Origin: an uncultured Acidobacteriota bacterium
Lineage (GTDB): Bacteria; Acidobacteriota; Thermoanaerobaculia; UBA5066
DNA length: 64,000 nucleotides
NCBI GenBank assembly: GCA_963779415.1
Contig: CAVZYA010000001.1
Span: 1-64,000 of the forward strand
Direction of reading: 5' to 3'
A model generated the notes under the pieces. That model did no database searches, was not told the origin of the DNA, and worked only from the letters and a program-made list of their open reading frames with translations. Below are positions 20,422-36,545 of this stretch, piece after piece. Numbering within the stretch: position 1 is the first letter of the stretch; each line of letters begins with the position of its first letter. A program made the translations under genes and the position numbers.

Positions 20422-21645
20422 CCACTGCCTGATAGATCGTGTCGGCGTCTTTCTTCGTACGGGCCACGGGTAATCAGGAAGCAACCCCGGTGCCGGGGGC
20501 GGGAAGGCAGAACAACCTGACGGGCGCCTTTGGCCGCGTGAGGATGATCGTCCGGGCCGTATGCCCGCCCGGTATCGCCGGGACGAGACGGTAGCGGCGG
20601 ACGAGCTGCGAGAGGATCACTCGAGCTTCGATCATGGCGAACCGCTTGCCGATGCAAGCGCGCGGCCCGAGGCCGAAGGGAATGAAGTACGGGCGGGGCG
20701 GCAGGAGCGAGCCTTCCCGCCGAGAGCCAGCGTTCCGGCTGGAACTCGTCAGGCCTGTCCCAGTACTCGGGATGCAGGTGCATCGCCTGGACGAGATAAA
20801 CGAGTACCAACGCTTGCCTGACTTCCGCCGGAGCGGATGGGGGCGGGCGGATGAGCCTGAGCGCCTCCGAAATCACGGCTTCGAGATAAGGCGCGCTTTC
20901 GAGCGCTTGAAGCGAAGGCTACTCCCGAGCGAATCGAGCTCCTCGCGAAGAAGATCCTGGCATTCGGGATGGTCGGCCAGGAGCTGGCCCGACCAGCCGA
21001 GGAGGTGGATCGTCGTCGAGCCCGCGCCGAGCAGGGTTTGGATCTCTCGATTGCGCGCGCGGCTTCTCGGCGGAAAGGTCGCGAAGAGCCCGGCGAACGG
21101 GTTGAAGACGCGAGACTCCATTCCTCTCTCGACGCTCGAGAGATCGCTCGCCAGCTCTTCCGCCCCGCTCGAGTCGAAAAAAAACGCCATCGTCGACTCG
21201 CCCGAGATACGGCGGCTTCGCGGGACCAGGAGAGATCGAAAACTCCCGCGGGCCATTGCGCCGCGCGGTTGGCGAACGCGTTTCCGACCTGGCGCGCGAA
21301 ACGCTCCATGGCGAGAGGGCTGAAGAGCTCGCCGAGCGCCTTGCGGTGCTCCTGCCATTCGCGTCCTTCGAGGATGATGAGCCCGCCCTCCATTCCGGGA
21401 GCAAGCACCCGGTGCTCCCAGCGGGTTTTGGGATACTCGTTCCAGTCGGTCACGAGTATCTCCCCGCGCGCTCGGGATCGACGGTGAGCTCCAGGGTAAA
21501 AAGCCCCGTTCCGATCCGCAGCGTGCGGGTTTTCCACTTACCGAGAACCTCGAGAAGCGCGTGGAGCGTGTCGCCGGCCGAACGGATGAGGGAGACGAGG
21601 AGCCCTGGCAGGAGGCGCCGAGCGGTAACGTTTGGCCCAATCGCT
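20418..21645 (-). CDS. Cytochrome P450 (several frameshifts)
   Basis: Heme motif [20 protein letters not shown] (~20630-20690), ExxR (SEALRL), [17 protein letters not shown]-helix [23 protein letters not shown]. Confidence 0.85.
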
Positions 21646-24057
21646 TTTCCTTCCCTGAGTTTGAGATAGGCCGGAAGGCCCCAGAGCGCGGCCAGGAGAC
21701 AAGTGATTTCGCCGAGCACCGCAAGCCTGCCGAAACTGACGAACCCCTGGTTTCCGGCGATCAGGAGCGAGCTGTATCCGATGACCGTCGTGAAACTCGC
21801 GAGCGCCACTGCAGCTCCCGTGCCGCGGATCACACGGGCGATATTTACTCGCCCCTCGGCCCGGTAGCGCTGGACGATGTTGACGCCGTAGTCGACACCG
21901 ATCCCGATCGTGATGGGGATCGCGATGAAGTCGAGAAAGTTGATCTTGAGATCCGCCTTGAGCATGCCGCCGCCCATCCAGGTCATGCCAAGGATCAGGG
22001 CGCCGAGCGTCTCGAGCCGAGAACAGGGCGGCGGAAAAGAAACATCACCAGCAGCGCCACGGCGAGGAAGGCGTAGAGCGTCGCGCGCGGGCCGTCGTGG
22101 CTGACATTGTCGACGAGATCGACGGTGAGGGGAAGAGCGCCGACGACCGGGGTGCGCGCGTGCACGGAGTCAGCCGTGGCACGAACGGCCTCGATGAACG
22201 CTTTTTGCGCGGCGAAGCTGTGAGTGAGCACCGGGTCGATCACCGGCTCGATCACGACCAGCCGTCCCAGGCGTTCCCGACTTTTCCCGGAAGCGCGCGC
22301 GGACGCCCGGCGGAAGATCCTTCTCGCCGAAGCCGCCTGCTTTCGGGCGTGAGGAGATCGGCGAGGCGCTTTCGCTCGTTCTTTGGAAGCTCGCGCCAGA
22401 GCGGGCGCGGGACGAGCGTCCGGATCTGGCTTCAGGATCTCGATCTTCCTGCCCTGGTCGCCGGGGATGAACGAGTCGAGTGAGTACACCGCGGAGATGA
22501 ACTTTCCCGCCTGAGTCCCCGAGTCCTTGATCCTCGAGATTCGGGTCGTGATCTCGCGCGCGTGCGCGGGCGAATCGGCGAGGATCACGACGGGGGAAAC
22601 GAAGTGCCCGAAGATCCGATCGAGGTATTTCGAATAATAGCCCGAGCCGCCTTCCATGCTGCGCCTGTCCCTCAGCGTGGAGGTGTCGGTTTCCATGATC
22701 GGACCCTGGTGCTCGCGCCAGGCGATCACCGAGAGGACGACCGCGCTCAAGCTCACCAGGACGAGAAGGAACGCCGCGTGCTCGAGAACCCAGGCCATGA
22801 ACTCGGCGAAGCGATGGCGCTCGGGCCTGGGTGTTCTCCCTCGAGCGGGCGGTGATTATCAAACGCGGTGAGAAGCGCCGGAAGAAGAGTGTAGGCGGAG
22901 ATCCAGCCAGGAGATCAGTCCCGATCAAGCCGATGGCGCCGAACTGCTTGAAGCCCCGGAACTCGGTGGCGAGGAGCGAGCCGTAGGAAAGCGCTGCCCC
23001 GAGCGCCGCGGTGAGCGTGGCCTTCCAGGTGGTTCTGACCGCGATTTCGAGCGCCTTGTCGTGCTCGAGCCTGGGCCAGGCCTGGCGCCTGGCTTCGAAG
23101 TATCTGGCGAGCAGCACGATGCCGAAGTTGATGCCGTTCCCGATGATGATCGAGCCGAGAAACGCGGAGTTCCCGTTGAGATAGCCCTGGGTGAACCAGG
23201 AGATCCCGAGCGTGACCAGGGTCCCGGCAATGGTCGAGGTGACCAGGGCGACGGTTCCCTTGATGCTCCGGTAAAAAACGAGCATCGCCAGCGTGACGAG
23301 GATCGCGACGAGCGCGGTCGTCGTCTTGAGGTCGTGGATCCGGGAGTTCCGTTCCTCGATCAGGTTCTCGACGTCGCCCGTGAAGCGGATTTCAGATCCG
23401 GCGCGTAGCTCGCGGGCCTGAGCTTCGTGATGATCCGGTCGACTTCCGGCCTTGAGCTTGAGCGCCTGGTCGGTATCGAGCCGCGCCGCCGCTCATGAAG
23501 AGGAGCGCCGCCCGGGTCTTCTCGTCCAGTATAGCGTAGTAGCCGTCCGGGAAGCGGGTGAAGTCGGCGACCGCGTTTCCGAAGCGCCGGTCGATCGGAC
23601 CGAGCAGGAGCTTGGGCTCGGGCAGGAAGACTCCGTTGAAAATGTTGAGCGGATTGTGAAGTTGCACGCTCGTAAAGGATGCGCTCCGAGACGTAGTCGC
23701 GGATGCTCTCGAGGTCCTTGACGCTGAGGAAGAGCGCCTGTCTGGCGCGGAAGAAGGCGAGCTCGCGGTCGATCCGGTAATCCACATGGGTGATGAGGTT
23801 GCCGAGCGTGGCTTCCGCCTCTTTCGCGAAGTCGCCGATGAAGCGCTTTGAGGCTTTCGGTCGTTCGAGAGCGTGAGCACGGCCAGGTTCTCGGTCGAGG
23901 GGAGCGATTCGCTGATCCGTTCGGCGTCCTCGACGCTTCTCGCGTGCACGGGGAGGAGCTCGTCGAGATTGGTGCGAAGGTTCGCGTAAAGACGCGCCGA
24001 GAAATAGGCGCCTATCACGCTCAGGGCGAGCCAAAGCCAAAGGACCGGGCGGTGCAT
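21646..24057 (-). CDS. MMPL/RND family transporter (several frameshifts)
   Basis: Two halves: SIIIGNGINFGIVLLARY..E and PITIGIGVDYGVNIVQRY, ASFTTVIGYSSLL, LRTNLDELLP. Confidence 0.85.
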
Positions 24058-24078
24058 CGGTGGCTTACCGGCGCAAGA

Positions 24079-24702
24079 TCAGTACCAGACGTTCTGGATG
24101 CGCTTCGGAGAAACTTTTTGAATCTCGTTCGGATCGAGCCGGCCGCCGGTATAGTCGTTGACGAGCGGCGGGCTCGCGGGAGCACGGACCGAGCGGCGCA
24201 TGCGAGGCGCCGCCGGCTTCGGGCTGCCCGGGAAAACGATGACGTTGTTGGGGACGCGCTCGGCTGGCGGGGAAGCGGCCGCGACTTTCGAGGCGGGAGC
24301 CGGTTCCGGATCGGGCTCGATCGCGGGCTCGGCCAGGTCCATCTCGCGGTCGGGCGCTGGCGCAGGCTCCGAGCGCACGCGCACGGACTTGGGAATCGGA
24401 ATCGGAGCAGGGTCTTCCTCGTACGCGGGCACCGCCGGGAGGATCGTCGTCGGCGTCGAAGCCATCAGCGCATCGAGAGCGCGCGAGTCCGACGAAGGTG
24501 CAGGCGGAGCGGGGGGCGCGGGAGGTGGAGCAGGCTTGGGTTTCGCGGCAGGCTTCGGCCTGGGCGGGGCAGCCGGTGGCTGACTCGCTTCCAAGGTCTC
24601 TAACGCTGTAAAATCACTCGAATGGGCCGCCGACGTTCCAGCTTGTGCTATCTCAGGCGCCACCATTAAAAGGAGGCTCAGGAGCATCCTTTGAGTTAGC
24701 AT
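24079..24702 (-). CDS. Secreted Pro/Ala-rich protein
   Basis: Signal peptide, low-complexity body, GGAGG RBS. Confidence 0.55.
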   Translation of the reverse strand: MLTQRMLLSLLLMVAPEIAQAGTSAAHSSDFTALETLEASQPPAAPPRPKPAAKPKPAPPPAPPAPPAPSSDSRALDALMASTPTTILPAVPAYEEDPAPIPIPKSVRVRSEPAPAPDREMDLAEPAIEPDPEPAPASKVAAASPPAERVPNNVIVFPGSPKPAAPRMRRSVRAPASPPLVNDYTGGRLDPNEIQKVSPKRIQNVWY

Positions 24703-24785
24703 TCAGGGACCTCCCTCCGAACTGTGTCCCGGGTGACCTTCCGGGCGAGTTGAAACGATTGCCGAATTGCGGTCTAGTACGGGGA

Positions 24786-25260
24786 GTGCCGCACGGTTTG
24801 CGCCAAAAGCTCCTGTTCAGGTTCTTGAATCTCTGGCCGCCCTATGTCGGCTCGGGTGTTCACGTTCGAAGCGTCGATCTGGAGAAGCATCGGGTCGAGG
24901 TGGAGCTGAAATTCCGTTTCTGGAACAAGAACTACGTGGGCACGCAGTTCGGCGGATCGCTGTACGCCATGTGCGACCCGTTTTTCATGCTGATCCTGAT
25001 GGAGGCGCTGGGGGACGAGTACATCGTCTGGGACAAGGCGGCCGAGATCCAGTTCAAGAAACCCGGAAAGTCGCGGGTACGCGCGGTTTTTCACATTCCC
25101 CACCACGAGATCGAGCGGATCCGCGAGCAGGCGCGTACGCAGTACAAGGTCGAGCCGCAGTTCTCGGTCGATGTCGATCGACCCGGCCGGAGTTGTGATC
25201 GCGCAGGTGAAGAAGACGCTTCATGTCCGGCGGAAGGACGCGGTGAGGCCGCCCAAATGA
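24786..25260 (+). CDS. DUF4442/YiiD-like hotdog thioesterase (frameshift ~25180)
   Basis: NLWPPY.GSG, NKNYVGTQFGGSLYAMCDPF, YIVWDKAA.I.FKKPG. Confidence 0.85.
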
Positions 25261-25472
25261 TCGATCTATTCACGCGGAAGCGGCTCGTGCGTTTTGTCGA
25301 GGATCACCGGACGAAGTCCGGCCAGCTTCCGACTTTCGGCGATCTCGAGAGCGCCGGCTTCGCGCGCGAGCTGGTGAAGGAAGCTTTACGCGTGAAGGTT
25401 CTGGAAGAGTTTTACGTGACGTTGACCAACGGTACCGTGGTGAAGGGCTTCAAGCCCGGAGAGAAATCATGA
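25257..25472 (+). CDS. Small hypothetical protein
   Basis: ATGA overlap with the upstream gene. MIDLFTRKRL...GTVVKGFK. Confidence 0.6.
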   Translation: MIDLFTRKRLVRFVEDHRTKSGQLPTFGDLESAGFARELVKEALRVKVLEEFYVTLTNGTVVKGFKPGEKS

Positions 25473-25838
25473 CTTGGTCTTCGGAGCTGCAAGGGGCTGA
25501 GGCCCCTCGCGCATGTACTCGTCGTGAGTGACGATGCGGAGCAGGTTTCCGCTGCGCTCGGCATGCAGGTGCTTGGTTTTTAGAATGGCGTCGAGCGCCT
25601 GATCCCAGGGGACGTCCACCCAGGAGATCGCGCGCATTTTGCCCTGAACGCCGTCGCCGAGGACGATGTTGAACCCGCTGGCTTCGGCGATGAGACGGAG
25701 CAGGTCGGCCAGATCCGCGTCGGTGGCTTTGAGGGTGATGGGTTTCCCGATCCAACGGGCATCGCCCGGAGCGCGAGCATGCGCTACGGGCAGGATCGCC
25801 AAGGCGGCGGCGAGGAAAAGCAATCGAGGTCCGAACAT
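25467..25838 (-). CDS. Stand-alone secretin N0/STN (PilQ-like) domain protein
   Basis: Signal peptide, then GKPITL...DADL.DLLRLIAE.SG.NIV...V.G......DVPWDQALDAILK...G.LLRI. Confidence 0.8.
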   Translation of the reverse strand: MFGPRLLFLAAALAILPVAHARAPGDARWIGKPITLKATDADLADLLRLIAEASGFNIVLGDGVQGKMRAISWVDVPWDQALDAILKTKHLHAERSGNLLRIVTHDEYMREGPQPLAAPKTKS

Positions 25839-25989
25839 CGTACTTCCATTATCCCGCGCCCTCTTTTGCGACGCAAAATGTGTCGAAACCGACAACTGGA
25901 TTGTCAAAATGACAACCAGGTTGTCGATTGGGCGCAGGAAGAGCCGGGGGAAAGGGTTACCTCAATGGTTAGACCGGGGCTTCGCCGTA

Positions 25990-27420
25990 GGTGGAAGGTC
26001 GCGCCAGCGTGGAGACATACGCGTCGATCCCCTGCGGCCATTCGGCGGCCCTCGGCGATCGCCCAGACTATCAGGGAGGCTCCGCGCGTGGCGTCGCCCG
26101 AGGAAAAGATGCCGGGGACCGACGTCATGAAGCGTTCGTCGACCGCCACGTTCCCGCGATCAGAAAGCTTCACGCCGAGCTCGTCCAGCAAGCCCGCGGA
26201 CACGGCGCCCGTGAATCCAGCCGCGATCAAGACGAGCTCGCAGGCCAGCTCCACGCCCGGGGCGCCGGACACCGGAGCAAATTTTCCGCCGACCATCGAA
26301 ACCTGTCGCGCCCGCAACCCGGTCACCCGTCCGTCCTTGCCCAGGAACTCCTCGGTCGAAAGGCTCCAGTCGCGCATTCCGCCTTCTTCATGCGCGTGCG
26401 ACGTCCTGAGTTGTAGCGGCCAGAGGGGCCATGGCGTCGAGGAGTCGCGAGCAGCGGGCGGACGCGGCAGAATCTCGAACTGATGCACGCTCTTCGCGCC
26501 CTGGCGCAAAACAGTGCCCAGGCAATCAGACCCCGTATCGCCGCCACCGAGAATCACCACGTTTTTCCCAGCGGCCGTGATCGCCGGACCGGCGCCCTGC
26601 CCGGGCGCACCGCCCGTCGCGCGATTGCCTTCGATGAGATAATCCATCGCGAAGTGAATTCCCGCGAGTGAACGGCCTGGAATCACGATGTCCCGCGGCG
26701 CCTCCGCGCCCACCGCGAGCCCCACGGCGTCGAACCGCGCACGGAGCTCGGAAAGCTGAGCAGCGCCGCCGACCGCGCAGGAGACGCGAAACTCCACTCC
26801 CTCGGCCCGCATCTGCTCCAGGCGGCGGTCGAGGACCCACTTCTCCATCTTGAAATCGGGAATGCCGTAGCGGAGCAAACCGCCGACTTTGTCCGCTTTC
26901 TCGAAAACAACAACCTCGTGGCCCGCGCGCGCGAGCTGTTGAGCCGCGGCCAGGCCCGCGGGGCCCGAGCCCACGATCGCGACACGTCTCCCTGTTTTGC
27001 GACGGGGGAGCACCGGCTCGACCAGCCCTTCATCGAAGCCGCGGTCGACGATGTTCTGCTCGATCACGCGGATCGCAACCGGGTCGGCGTTGATCCCCAG
27101 GACACAGGCGGACTCGCAAGGAGCGGGGCACAGGCGACCCGTGAACTCCGGAAAGTTATTCGTCGAATGGAGCGCGCGCAGAGCCTGCTTCCAGCGCCCG
27201 AGCCAGACGAGCTCGTTCCAATCGGGAATCTGATTCTCGACCGGGCACCCCTGCGGGCCGTGACAGAACGGAACGCCGCAATCCATGCAGCGCGCGGCTT
27301 GCTTCCTGAGCTCGCTTTCGTCAAGCGGGAGATAAAACTCCTTCCAATCGTGAAGGCGATCGGGCGCCGGGCGCCTATGGGGCGTCTCGCGCTTGAATTT
27401 GAGGAAGCCCTTGGGATCGC

Positions 27421-27424
<4 letters not shown>
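25990..27424 (-). CDS. gltD: Glutamate synthase small subunit (3' end approximate, frameshifted)
   Basis: RCMDCGVPFCH, NNFPEFTGRLCPAPCE, GSGPAGLAAA, GGGDTGSDC, GASLIVWAIAEGR. Confidence 0.95.
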
Positions 27425-31779
<4,355 letters not shown>

Positions 31780-31780
<1 letters not shown>

Positions 31781-32051
31781 CAAGGTCCAACATCGCCGTC
31801 GCCTCTGGCAGCGGAACCTCCCCGCGGCCCTCCCGGTGGTGTGGTATGACATCGACATCGAGTTCCTCGCCCGCCGCTTCACGCTGTCGGGCGGGAACAT
31901 CCGGAATGTGGCGGTGGGTGCCGCGTTCCGGGCCGCGGTAGGCCAGCGGCGCGTGGCCATGGCGGACCTGGTCCGCGAGACGGCGCGCGAGTACCGAGAG
32001 CTCTGGGCCGCCTCTGCGTGGAGGCGGAGTTCGGCTTGTGGTTCAGCGTGA
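31780..32051 (+). CDS. C-terminal fragment of an AAA+ ATPase (eCIS/Afp15-like)
   Basis: RRRLWQRNLP...DIDIEFLARRFTLSGGNIRN...AAF.A.....V.M.DLV....REY. Confidence 0.75.
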
Positions 32052-32066
32052 TCGCGAACGGCTGAG

Positions 32067-32987
32067 ATGGAGATGCGCCGGCGGCAGGTCCTCGGCTGGG
32101 TGGGGATTGACGGGAGCGGGACGATGTCAGACGACGCCACGGCCATGCGGGAGGATGCCAGCATGCACCGCCACGAGCGCGAGTTGGAGACGCCGCAACG
32201 CCATCCGGTCCGACGTCCGGGCGCGGACGAGGCCGCCACGTCGCTCGCGGCCCGGGCGGCGGCCGCGGGCCGCACCGAGGCGCTCGGCCACGCCTCGGTC
32301 CTGGGCCTTCAGCGGGCCGCGGGGAACGCCGGCGTCGCCCAGCTCCTCGACGGCGACGCGGAGCAGGAGTCGCCGGTCAGGGACGTGGTCGGGCGCGGCG
32401 GCGGGACGCCCCTGGAGCCGGCGGTCCGGCAGCGCATGGAAACGAGCTTCGGGGCCGACTTCTCCGACGTCCGGGTCCACACCGGCGGGAGCGCGGCCGC
32501 GTCGGCGCGAGCCGTCGACGCCCACGCGTACACGGTCGGCAACAAGATCGTCCTTGGGGATGGCCACGTCCAGGGCGCTCCCGACCACGATCGCACGCTG
32601 GCCCACGAGCTCACCCACGTCGTCCAGCAGCGTCCCGGGCCGGTCGACGGGACGCCCGCCGCAGGCGGCATCTCGGTCAGCAGCCCGAGCGACCGGTTCG
32701 AGCGCGCGGCCGAGGCGACCGCCGACCGCGTCATCGCCACGGGGCACGCCGCCGAGATCGCAGGCCCGGGGGCACCATCCATCCAGCGGGAGGCCGCGCC
32801 GGAGGATGAGGAAACGCAGGTCGAGATGCTCGCGACCAAGCGCGAGGCCGCGCCCGAGGATGAGGACGAGGTCCAGACGCTCGCGATCCAGCGCGAGGCC
32901 GCGCCCGAGGACGAGGAGGAGGTCCACACACTGGTGATCGAGCGGGAGGCCGGCGGCCGGCAGCACGAGGGGCGCCTTCCCGGCTAG
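32067..32987 (+). CDS. DUF4157 (eCIS core) domain protein
   Basis: LQRAAGNAGVAQLL, G.PL...VRQRME..FGADFSDVRVH, A.AYTVG..IV, LAHELTHVVQQ, S.PSD.FE..A. Confidence 0.9.
   Translation: MEMRRRQVLGWVGIDGSGTMSDDATAMREDASMHRHERELETPQRHPVRRPGADEAATSLAARAAAAGRTEALGHASVLGLQRAAGNAGVAQLLDGDAEQESPVRDVVGRGGGTPLEPAVRQRMETSFGADFSDVRVHTGGSAAASARAVDAHAYTVGNKIVLGDGHVQGAPDHDRTLAHELTHVVQQRPGPVDGTPAAGGISVSSPSDRFERAAEATADRVIATGHAAEIAGPGAPSIQREAAPEDEETQVEMLATKREAAPEDEDEVQTLAIQREAAPEDEEEVHTLVIEREAGGRQHEGRLPG
32781..32952 (+). repeat. Three full plus one partial 51-54 bp tandem repeats (IQREAAPEDEEEVQTLA)
   Basis: CGCGAGGCCGCGCCCGAGGA-like units recur in the DUF4157 tail. Confidence 0.85.
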
Positions 32988-33111
32988 CCCGAACAGCGCG
33001 CCTCGCCGGCCGTCGGACCCACGTCGCCGTCAATCGGGCGCCCGGCCGCCCGTTCGTGGCCGCCCGTTGGTGGTCGCCTGCGGGCGGCCGAGGGCCCGGG
33101 TGGGACCGGCG

Positions 33112-33730
33112 TCAGATCAGCCCCGGGGGGATCGCGCAGGCGACCGCGTGCGTCCGGTTGCGCAGGTCGAGGCGTGACGTCACGTCGTGGATCACGTTCT
33201 TGACCGTCCGCTCGGAGAAGTAGAGCTTGGGCGCCGACCTCCGCCGTGTCGTGGCCCTCGGCCAGGAGGCGGAGCACGGCGATCTCCCTCGTCGGCGAGG
33301 CCGGCGAACGTCAGGCCACGCGGATGGAGGACCTGGCGTCGGACACGGCTCTACTGGCCAGAGGAGCCTGCCCAGGAGGTCGGGCGGGAAGTGTTCCCTC
33401 CCCTACTGCTGCAGCCCGGATCGCCGTGGCGAGATGCCCAGCGGTCGCCTGGCTGCGGCGGACGACGCCGCTCACGCCGGCTTCGACGGCCGCCAGCAGC
33501 CCCGCGTCGTCGACCTTGGCGACGAGGAGGACCAGGCGCTCGTGCCCGGCCGCCCGGGAGCTCGCGCAGCTCGCCGGGGGTCGGTCTCCTCGTCCAGGTC
33601 GCCGCCGGCGACCACGACCATGACGGCGGCTGCCTCCGCCGCCGAGAGGACCACCAGCCCGATGCCGACCAGCTGGGCCGTCCGGACCGGGGGTCGGGGG
33701 TCTCCGCGCGCACCGCGCCGATGCTACAGG
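33112..33730 (-). CDS. LuxR family regulator (frameshifted)
   Basis: LRLLAEGHDTAEV..LYFSERTVKNVIHDV...LRNRTHAVA, plus a degenerate receiver-like N-terminus. Confidence 0.8.
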
Positions 33731-33759
33731 GGATATCGCGCCCCGACGTCCGACCACCT

Positions 33760-35200
33760 GACCATCCGTCCGCGCCCGCCGTCCTCGGCATCCACCCGGG
33801 GACCACCACCGTCAAGGCCGGCCTGGTCGGACCTGGACGGGCGGCTCCGGGCCGTGGTCGAGCCACGATCCCGACCCTACGACCGGCCCGGGCGCCGCGA
33901 GCAGCTGACCGGGGACTGGTGGCGTGCCACGGTGAGCGCGGTCCGCGCCGCGCTCGGGGCACGCGGCACGCGAGCGGTCGCTGGCGCCCTCGAGCTCCTG
34001 GGCGTCCGCGTCGTTGGGCAGGGCCCGACGACCGTCGCGGTGGATGGGGCGGGCGGCTCACTGGGCACGGCCCTCGACCTGGCTCGATACCCGCGCCGGG
34101 CTGAGGCCGCCAGCCTCGAGCTCGCCATCGGGCTACCGGCGTGGCAGCTGGGGTCGCTGCCCCACGAGCGCTGGATGGCGCGCCACGATGCCGAGCGCCA
34201 CGATTCCGCCGCCGCGTTCCTGTCGCCCTGGACTGGCTGACCCTTCGTCTGTCGGGCGAGACCGTGCGCGCGGCGCCCCCCGTCTCCGGCCACCCCACCC
34301 ATGCCACAGTGCGCGCGGCGGCGCCGACCCAGCGCGGTTCGGGCGAGCGGTGGAGTGGGCGACCCAGGTCGGCGTCACGCTGCCCGCGGGGAGCTGGGAT
34401 CGCACCGGCACGCCGGTCGTCTCGGGCGCAAGATGCGCTCGCCAGCTTCCATGGCGCGGGGCTCGTCGACCCCGGTGACGCGGTCGATACGGCGGACGTC
34501 CGGCGGCCTGGGGGTCGAACTGGGACCGGGAGCTGGATATCCCGGGCACATATCGGGCACCGGCCGGACTGCCGGGCCGTGGCTGTATGGCGGCGCGATG
34601 AATGCCATCGGCAAGTCGTCGACTGGACCGGCGAGCTCCTCGCGCCGACGCGGGGGAGGACCTCGATACGCTGTTCGCCGATGCGGTGTCGACCCCGCCG
34701 GGCGCGGCCGGCCTCGTGTTCCTGCCGTACCTCCCGGGGGAGCGGGCGCCCATCGACGATGACCGGGCGCGGGGCGTCTTCGCCGGGCTGTCGCTGATCC
34801 ACGGACGGGGGCACCTCACCCGGGCCGCCCTGGAGTCGGGTGGCTTCTCGACGCGCCAGGTGGCAGCACCCATCCGCAAGCAGGCATCCGCCTCGAGCGA
34901 CTGGTGATGTCCGGCGCGACCGAGCGACTCAGCCGCTGGCCCAGATGCGCGCCGACATCCTGGGGGTCCCGGTGGACGTGCCGGAGGTCCCGGACACCGC
35001 CGCCCTTGGCGCCTGCATCCTTGCCGCGGTGGGACTGAGGCCCATGCTGATGCCCGCGCCGCCATCCGGCCGATGGTCCGCATCACGCACGCCTGGAGCC
35101 ACGCGCCGAGCTCACGGCCGCTACGACGAGCTGTACGCCGTCTACCGGCAGCTGCACCCGGCGACCGCGGGACCTGCTGCACCGGCTGGCCGATGTCGCG
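33760..35200 (+). CDS. FGGY carbohydrate kinase (xylulokinase-like), heavily frameshifted; ends approximate
   Basis: VLGI..GTTTVKAGL, VFLPYLPGERAP, RGVFAGLS, QMRADILGVPV, AALGACILAAVG. Confidence 0.8.
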
Positions 35201-35314
35201 GACGCCACGACCGGGCGGGGCCACGGCCGAATGGCCGCTGCCGAAGCGCAAGCCTTACGTCGTATACCGCTCCGGTATCGGAGAGCCTCTGGTATCATGT
35301 GCCGGACATCTTCA

Positions 35315-35465
35315 CGCTCCTTCGGGGGTTGGGTGCGATTCCCGACTGGTGGTCGGTCCGAGCGGGACGGTCTGTGACGGCCAGCCCACGACCCGGCGCC
35401 AGTCATGGTGACGGTGATTCTCCTGCAGGGAGCCGACGGTGAGATCCCGGATGGGAGAAGGGCGG
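35315..35465 (+). ncRNA. FMN riboswitch (RFN element)
   Basis: CCTTCGGGG..GGGTGCGATTCCCGACTGGTGGT...AGCCCACGACCC...GAGCCGACGGT..A.CCCGGATGGGAGAAGG matches the RFN consensus. The P1 ends pair. Confidence 0.88.
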
Positions 35466-35549
35466 CATGACATGTCCGTCGACCGGCGCGTTCGCGTCCG
35501 TCGCTGACCTGCCGTCGCGCTCGTCCGACCGCCCCGACGAAGGCCGTGA

Positions 35550-36340
35550 AATGTATGGGTGGGACACGACGTCTTGGACGACATCACGCTCCGGGGCATT
35601 GGGATGCTCGTTCGCATTGGCCGAGCGGCGACTCGTCGCGCTCGACGCCATCGACCTGCATGTGCCCGCCGGGGATGTCGTCGCCATCGTGGGTCCATCG
35701 GGCTCCGGCAAGAGCACCCTGCTGCGACTCGTGGCCGGATTGCTGTCACCGACGCCGGCAGCGTCGAGGTCGGCGGTGCCCCCGTCAGCTGTCCGACGCG
35801 CATCGGGCTCGTCTTCCAGGAAGCCACGCCTCATGCCCTGGCGGACCGCGCTGGACAACGTCTGCTACCCCCGGAGCTCGCCGGTCGGCCGCGTCCGGAG
35901 AGCGGGAGGCACGCGCCCGGGAGCTCATGACGCTCATGGGTCTCGATGGCTTCGAGACGGCATCGCCGGCGCAGCTGTCCGGCGGCATGGCGCAGCGGGT
36001 GGCGCTTGCGCGCGCCCTCACCCTCGAGCTGCCGGCGCCGCTCCTCGATGAGCCCTTCGGCGCCCTCGATGCCCTGACCCGCTACTCGATCGGATGCCGA
36101 GTTGCTCGGCATCCGGGGCGACCGGGCGCCACCATCATCGTCGTGACCGACATCCGCAGGTCCTCGCGGACCGGGTCGTGGTGCTCTCCGAGCGGCCGGG
36201 GCCGGATCGTCGCCGACGTGCCCGTGGACCTGCCGCTGCCGCGTGCCTGGGCCGCCATCGACGAGGCTGCCTCGAGCCGCGCCGCGCACGCCGTCCGGGC
36301 AACACCCAGGGTACCGTGCCCGCGGCGGTGGAGGCTCCTC
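35550..36340 (+). CDS. NitT/TauT-type ABC ATP-binding protein (frameshifted; ends approximate)
   Basis: [53 protein letters not shown]. Confidence 0.88.
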
Positions 36341-36376
36341 GCACGCGGTGGCGGTGGTTGCCGGATCGGCCGTCTG

Positions 36377-36530
36377 ATGCGCGACGTGCTCGCCGTCATC
36401 GCCCTTGTACTGCTGCTTCTTGGGCTGGCAGGTCATCGTTGGGCTCGACTACCCCCAGTTCGTGCTGCCGGGGCCGCTCGCGGTCGCCGGACGCTGGTGG
36501 AAGGCCGTCAGCGACGGGACGCTCCATGAG
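36377..36530 (+). CDS. ABC permease N-terminus, truncated at a junction
   Basis: Hydrophobic helix..WQ......[12 protein letters not shown]......DGTL, then unrelated sequence. Confidence 0.7.
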
Positions 36531-36545
36531 ATGCCGTCCGCGACC
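36525..36545. other. Segment junction B/C
   Basis: The permease stops and an AAA helicase starts mid-domain. GC and indel density drop. Confidence 0.75.
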
